DNA of 64,000 nucleotides. It comes from Eledone cirrhosa (lineage: Eukaryota). Location of the stretch: positions 132,680,001 through 132,744,000 of the forward strand of contig OZ024743.1 of assembly GCA_964016885.1 (NCBI GenBank). The letters run 5' to 3'. Of this stretch, positions 62,101-64,000 are shown one piece after another. The notes under the pieces are model-generated. The model saw nothing but the letters and a program-made list of their open reading frames with translations. It was not told the origin of the DNA and did not search any database. The position numbers and the translations under genes were made by a program. The stretch's first letter is position 1; each line of letters begins with the position of its first letter.

Positions 62101-64000
62101 TGTTTGGTGTTTGGTGTTTGGTGCTTGGTGCTTGGTGCTTGGTGTTTGGTGCTTGGTGCCTGGTGCTTGTTGTTTGGTGATTGGTGCTTGGTGTTTGCTG
62201 TTTGGTGCTGCGTGCTTGGTGCTTGGTGCTTGGTGCTTGGTGCTTGGTGTTTTGTGTTTGGTGTTTGATGCTTGGTGTTTGGTATTTGGTGCTTGGTGCT
62301 TGGTGTTTGGTGTTTGATGCTTGGTGCTTGATGCTTGGTGCTTGGTGCTTGGTGTTTGGTGCTTGGTGCTTGGTGTTTGTACTTGGTGTTTGGTGCTTGG
62401 TGTTTGGAGCTTGGTGCTTGGTGTTTGGTGCTTGGTGCTTGGTGTTTGGTGTTTGGTGCTTGGTGTTTGGTGCTTGGTGCTTGGTGCTTGGTGTTAGGTG
62501 TTTGGTGCTTCATGCCTGGTGCTTGGTGTTTGGTGCTTGGTGCATGGTGCTTGGTGCTTGGTGCCTGGTGCGTGGTGTTTGGTGTTTGGTGCTTGGTGTT
62601 TGGTGCTTGGTGCTTGGTGTTTGGTGCGTGGTACTTGGTGTTTGGTGTTTGGTGTTTGTTGTTTGCTGTTTGGTGTCTGCTTTTTGGTGTTTGTTGTTTG
62701 CTCTATGGTGTTTGCTGTTTCATGTTTGGTGTTTGCTGTTTGGTGTTTGGTGTTTGCTGTTTGGTGTTTGGTGCTTGGTGTTTGGTGCTTGGTGCTTGGT
62801 GTTTGGTGCTAGGTGCTTCATGCTTGGTGCTTGGTGTTTGATGTTTGGTGCTTGGTACTTGGGGCTTGGTGTTTGGTGCTTGGTGCTTGGTGCTTGGTGT
62901 TTGGTGTTTGATGCTTGGTGCTTGATGCTTGGTGCTTGGTGCTTGGTGTTTGGTGCTTGGTGCTTGGTGTTTGTACTTGGTGTTTGGTGCTTGGTGTTTG
63001 GAGCTTGGTGCTTGGTGTTTGGTGCTTGGTGCTTGGTGTTTTGTGTTTGGTGCTTGGTGTTTGGTGCTTGGTGCTTGGTGCTTGGTGTTAGGTGTTTGGT
63101 GCTTCATGCCTGGTGCTTGGTGTTTGGTGCTTGGTGCATGGTGCTTGGTGCTTGGTGCCTGGTGCGTGGTGTTTGGTGTTTGGTGCTTGGTGTTTGGTGC
63201 TTGGTGCTTGGTGTTTGGTGCTTGGTACTTGGTGTTTGGTGTTTGGTGTTTGTTGTTTGCTGTTTGGTGTCTGCTTTTTGGTGTTTGGTGTTTGCTCTAT
63301 GGTGTTTGCTGTTTCATGTTTGGTGTTTGCTGTTTGGTGTTTGGTGTTTGCTGTTTGGTGTTTGGTACTTGGTGTTTGGTGCTTGGTGCTTGGTGTTTGG
63401 TGCTAGGTGCTTCATGCTTGGTGCGTGGTGTTTGGTGTTTGGTGCTTGGTACTTGGGGCTTGGTGTTTGGTGCTTGGTGCTTCATGCTTGGTGTTTGGTG
63501 CTTGGTGCTTGGTGTTTGGTATTTGGTGCTTGGTGCCTGGTGCTTGTTGTTTGGTGATTGGTGCTTGGTGTTTGCTGTTTGGTGCTGCGTGCTTGGTGCT
63601 TGGTGCTTGGTGCTTGGTGCTTGGTGTTTTGTGTTTGGTGTTTGATGCTTGGTGTTTGGTGTTTGGTGCTTGGTTCTTGGTGTTTGGTGTTTGATGCTTG
63701 GTGCTTGATGCTTGGTGCTTGGTGCTTGGTGTTTGGTGCTTGGTGCTTGGTGTTTGTACTTGGTGTTTGGTGCTTGGTGTTTGGTGCTTGGTGCTTGGTG
63801 TTTGGTGCTTGGTGCTTGGTGCTTGGTGTTTGGTGTTAGGTGCTTGGTGTTTGGTGCTTGGTGCTTGGTGCTTGGTGTTAGGTGTTTGGTGCTTCATGTC
63901 TGGTGCTTGGTGTTTGGTGCTTGGTGCTTGGTGTTTGGTGCTTGGTGCCTGGTGCATGGTGTTTGTTGCTTGGTGCTTGGTGTTTGGTGTTTGGTGCTTG

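Larger units (their letters stand above)
1..64000 (+). repeat. Heptamer tandem satellite array (TTGGTGY)n; dominant units TTGGTGC and TTGGTGT; about 9,100 units; runs off both window ends
   Basis: Readable from base 1 (ttggtgc ttggtgt ttggtgt ttggtgc...) to base 64000. Variants such as TTGCTGT, TTGTTGT, TTGATGC, TTAGTGT, TAGGTGT, CTGGTGC, TGGGTGC, TTGGTGA, TTGGTAC and TTCATGC keep the 7-bp register. No non-repeat segment seen. Confidence 0.99.
53938..64000 (+). repeat. Higher-order tandem duplication, period 5176 then 5169 bp (second copy truncated by the window end)
   Basis: ORF offsets 5176 (54076/59252, 55095/60271, 55510/60686), then 5169 (56200/61369, 57012/62181, 58389/63558); one 7-bp unit lost near 56050/61220. 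Confidence 0.95.

Noticed and set aside
51008-62513. Long minus-strand (TKHQAPS)n ORFs (726, 612, 686 aa), superficially like mucin or Pol II CTD heptad repeats
   Set aside because: They are the reverse-complement translation of the same satellite and are open in overlapping frames simultaneously. Whole-unit (7-bp) indels between copies shift the frame freely, which argues against protein-level selection.
340-63360. Recurrent CTGCTTT cassette with variable intervening sequence as a CRISPR-like repeat-spacer array
   Set aside because: The intervening DNA is the same heptamer satellite, hundreds to thousands of bp long and duplicated rather than unique. There are no palindromic repeats, leader or cas genes.
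1-63839. Hundreds of + strand hydrophobic Cys/Trp-rich ORFs (e.g. 2802..5363, 853 aa; 9264..11798, 844 aa) resembling membrane proteins
   Set aside because: All three frames give the same heptad because the DNA period is 7. Starts are mostly TTG/GTG from the repeat itself, stops fall wherever A-containing variants occur, and there is no codon-position bias or unique domain.
1-64000. Canonical telomerase-synthesised telomere tract (TTAGGG / TTTAGGG / TTGGGG types)
   Set aside because: The consensus lacks GGG, and occasional TTAGG or TTGGGG strings are single-base variants. Multi-kb duplications of variant patterns show copying from DNA rather than fresh telomerase addition. A non-canonical terminal role remains untested.
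1-64000. Cyanobacterial-type heptamer STRR repeats or a bacterial contingency locus
   Set aside because: Those are short tracts between or within genes. Here there are 64 kb with no gene, and the consensus does not match the STRR motifs I know.
1-64000. Pure sequencing or basecalling artefact, or simulated low-complexity sequence
   Set aside because: Rare variants and indels are reproduced at exact multi-kb offsets with nested, graded divergence, which random error would not produce. Misassembly of individual duplicate copies cannot be excluded without reads.
1-64000. tRNA/rRNA/structured ncRNA, terminators, transposon ends
   Set aside because: The near absence of A on the + strand and the lack of inverted repeats preclude ordinary stem-loops, TIRs or LTRs; none were seen.

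Overview
The whole 64-kb window is one uninterrupted head-to-tail heptamer satellite, consensus (TTGGTGY)n (minus strand RCACCAA), about 9,100 units. The + strand is almost purely G/T/C with very little A. I found no unique sequence, inversion, RNA gene, mobile element or credible protein-coding gene. All listed ORFs are by-products of a 7-bp repeat that has no stop codon in any of the six frames. The notable structure lies in the variant units. Rare substitutions and register-shifting indels act as heritable landmarks and show a nested hierarchy: (1) a 7-bp monomer with a C/T dimorphic last base; (2) a degenerate ~0.4-kb ancestral module with a TTGCTGT/CTGCTTT-rich cassette; (3) small internal duplications (84, 293, 594, 783/784 bp); (4) successive multi-kb tandem duplications, each about two copies and each a different length (2868, 6936, ~6463-6624, ~3950-4120, 5169-5176 bp). 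Variant families also turn over along the array, and one reappears after a ~46-kb gap. Offsets come from matching ORF-track coordinates plus spot-checks of the sequence; boundaries are approximate (tens of bp). The organism and chromosomal context (centromeric, subtelomeric, intronic) cannot be determined from this window.
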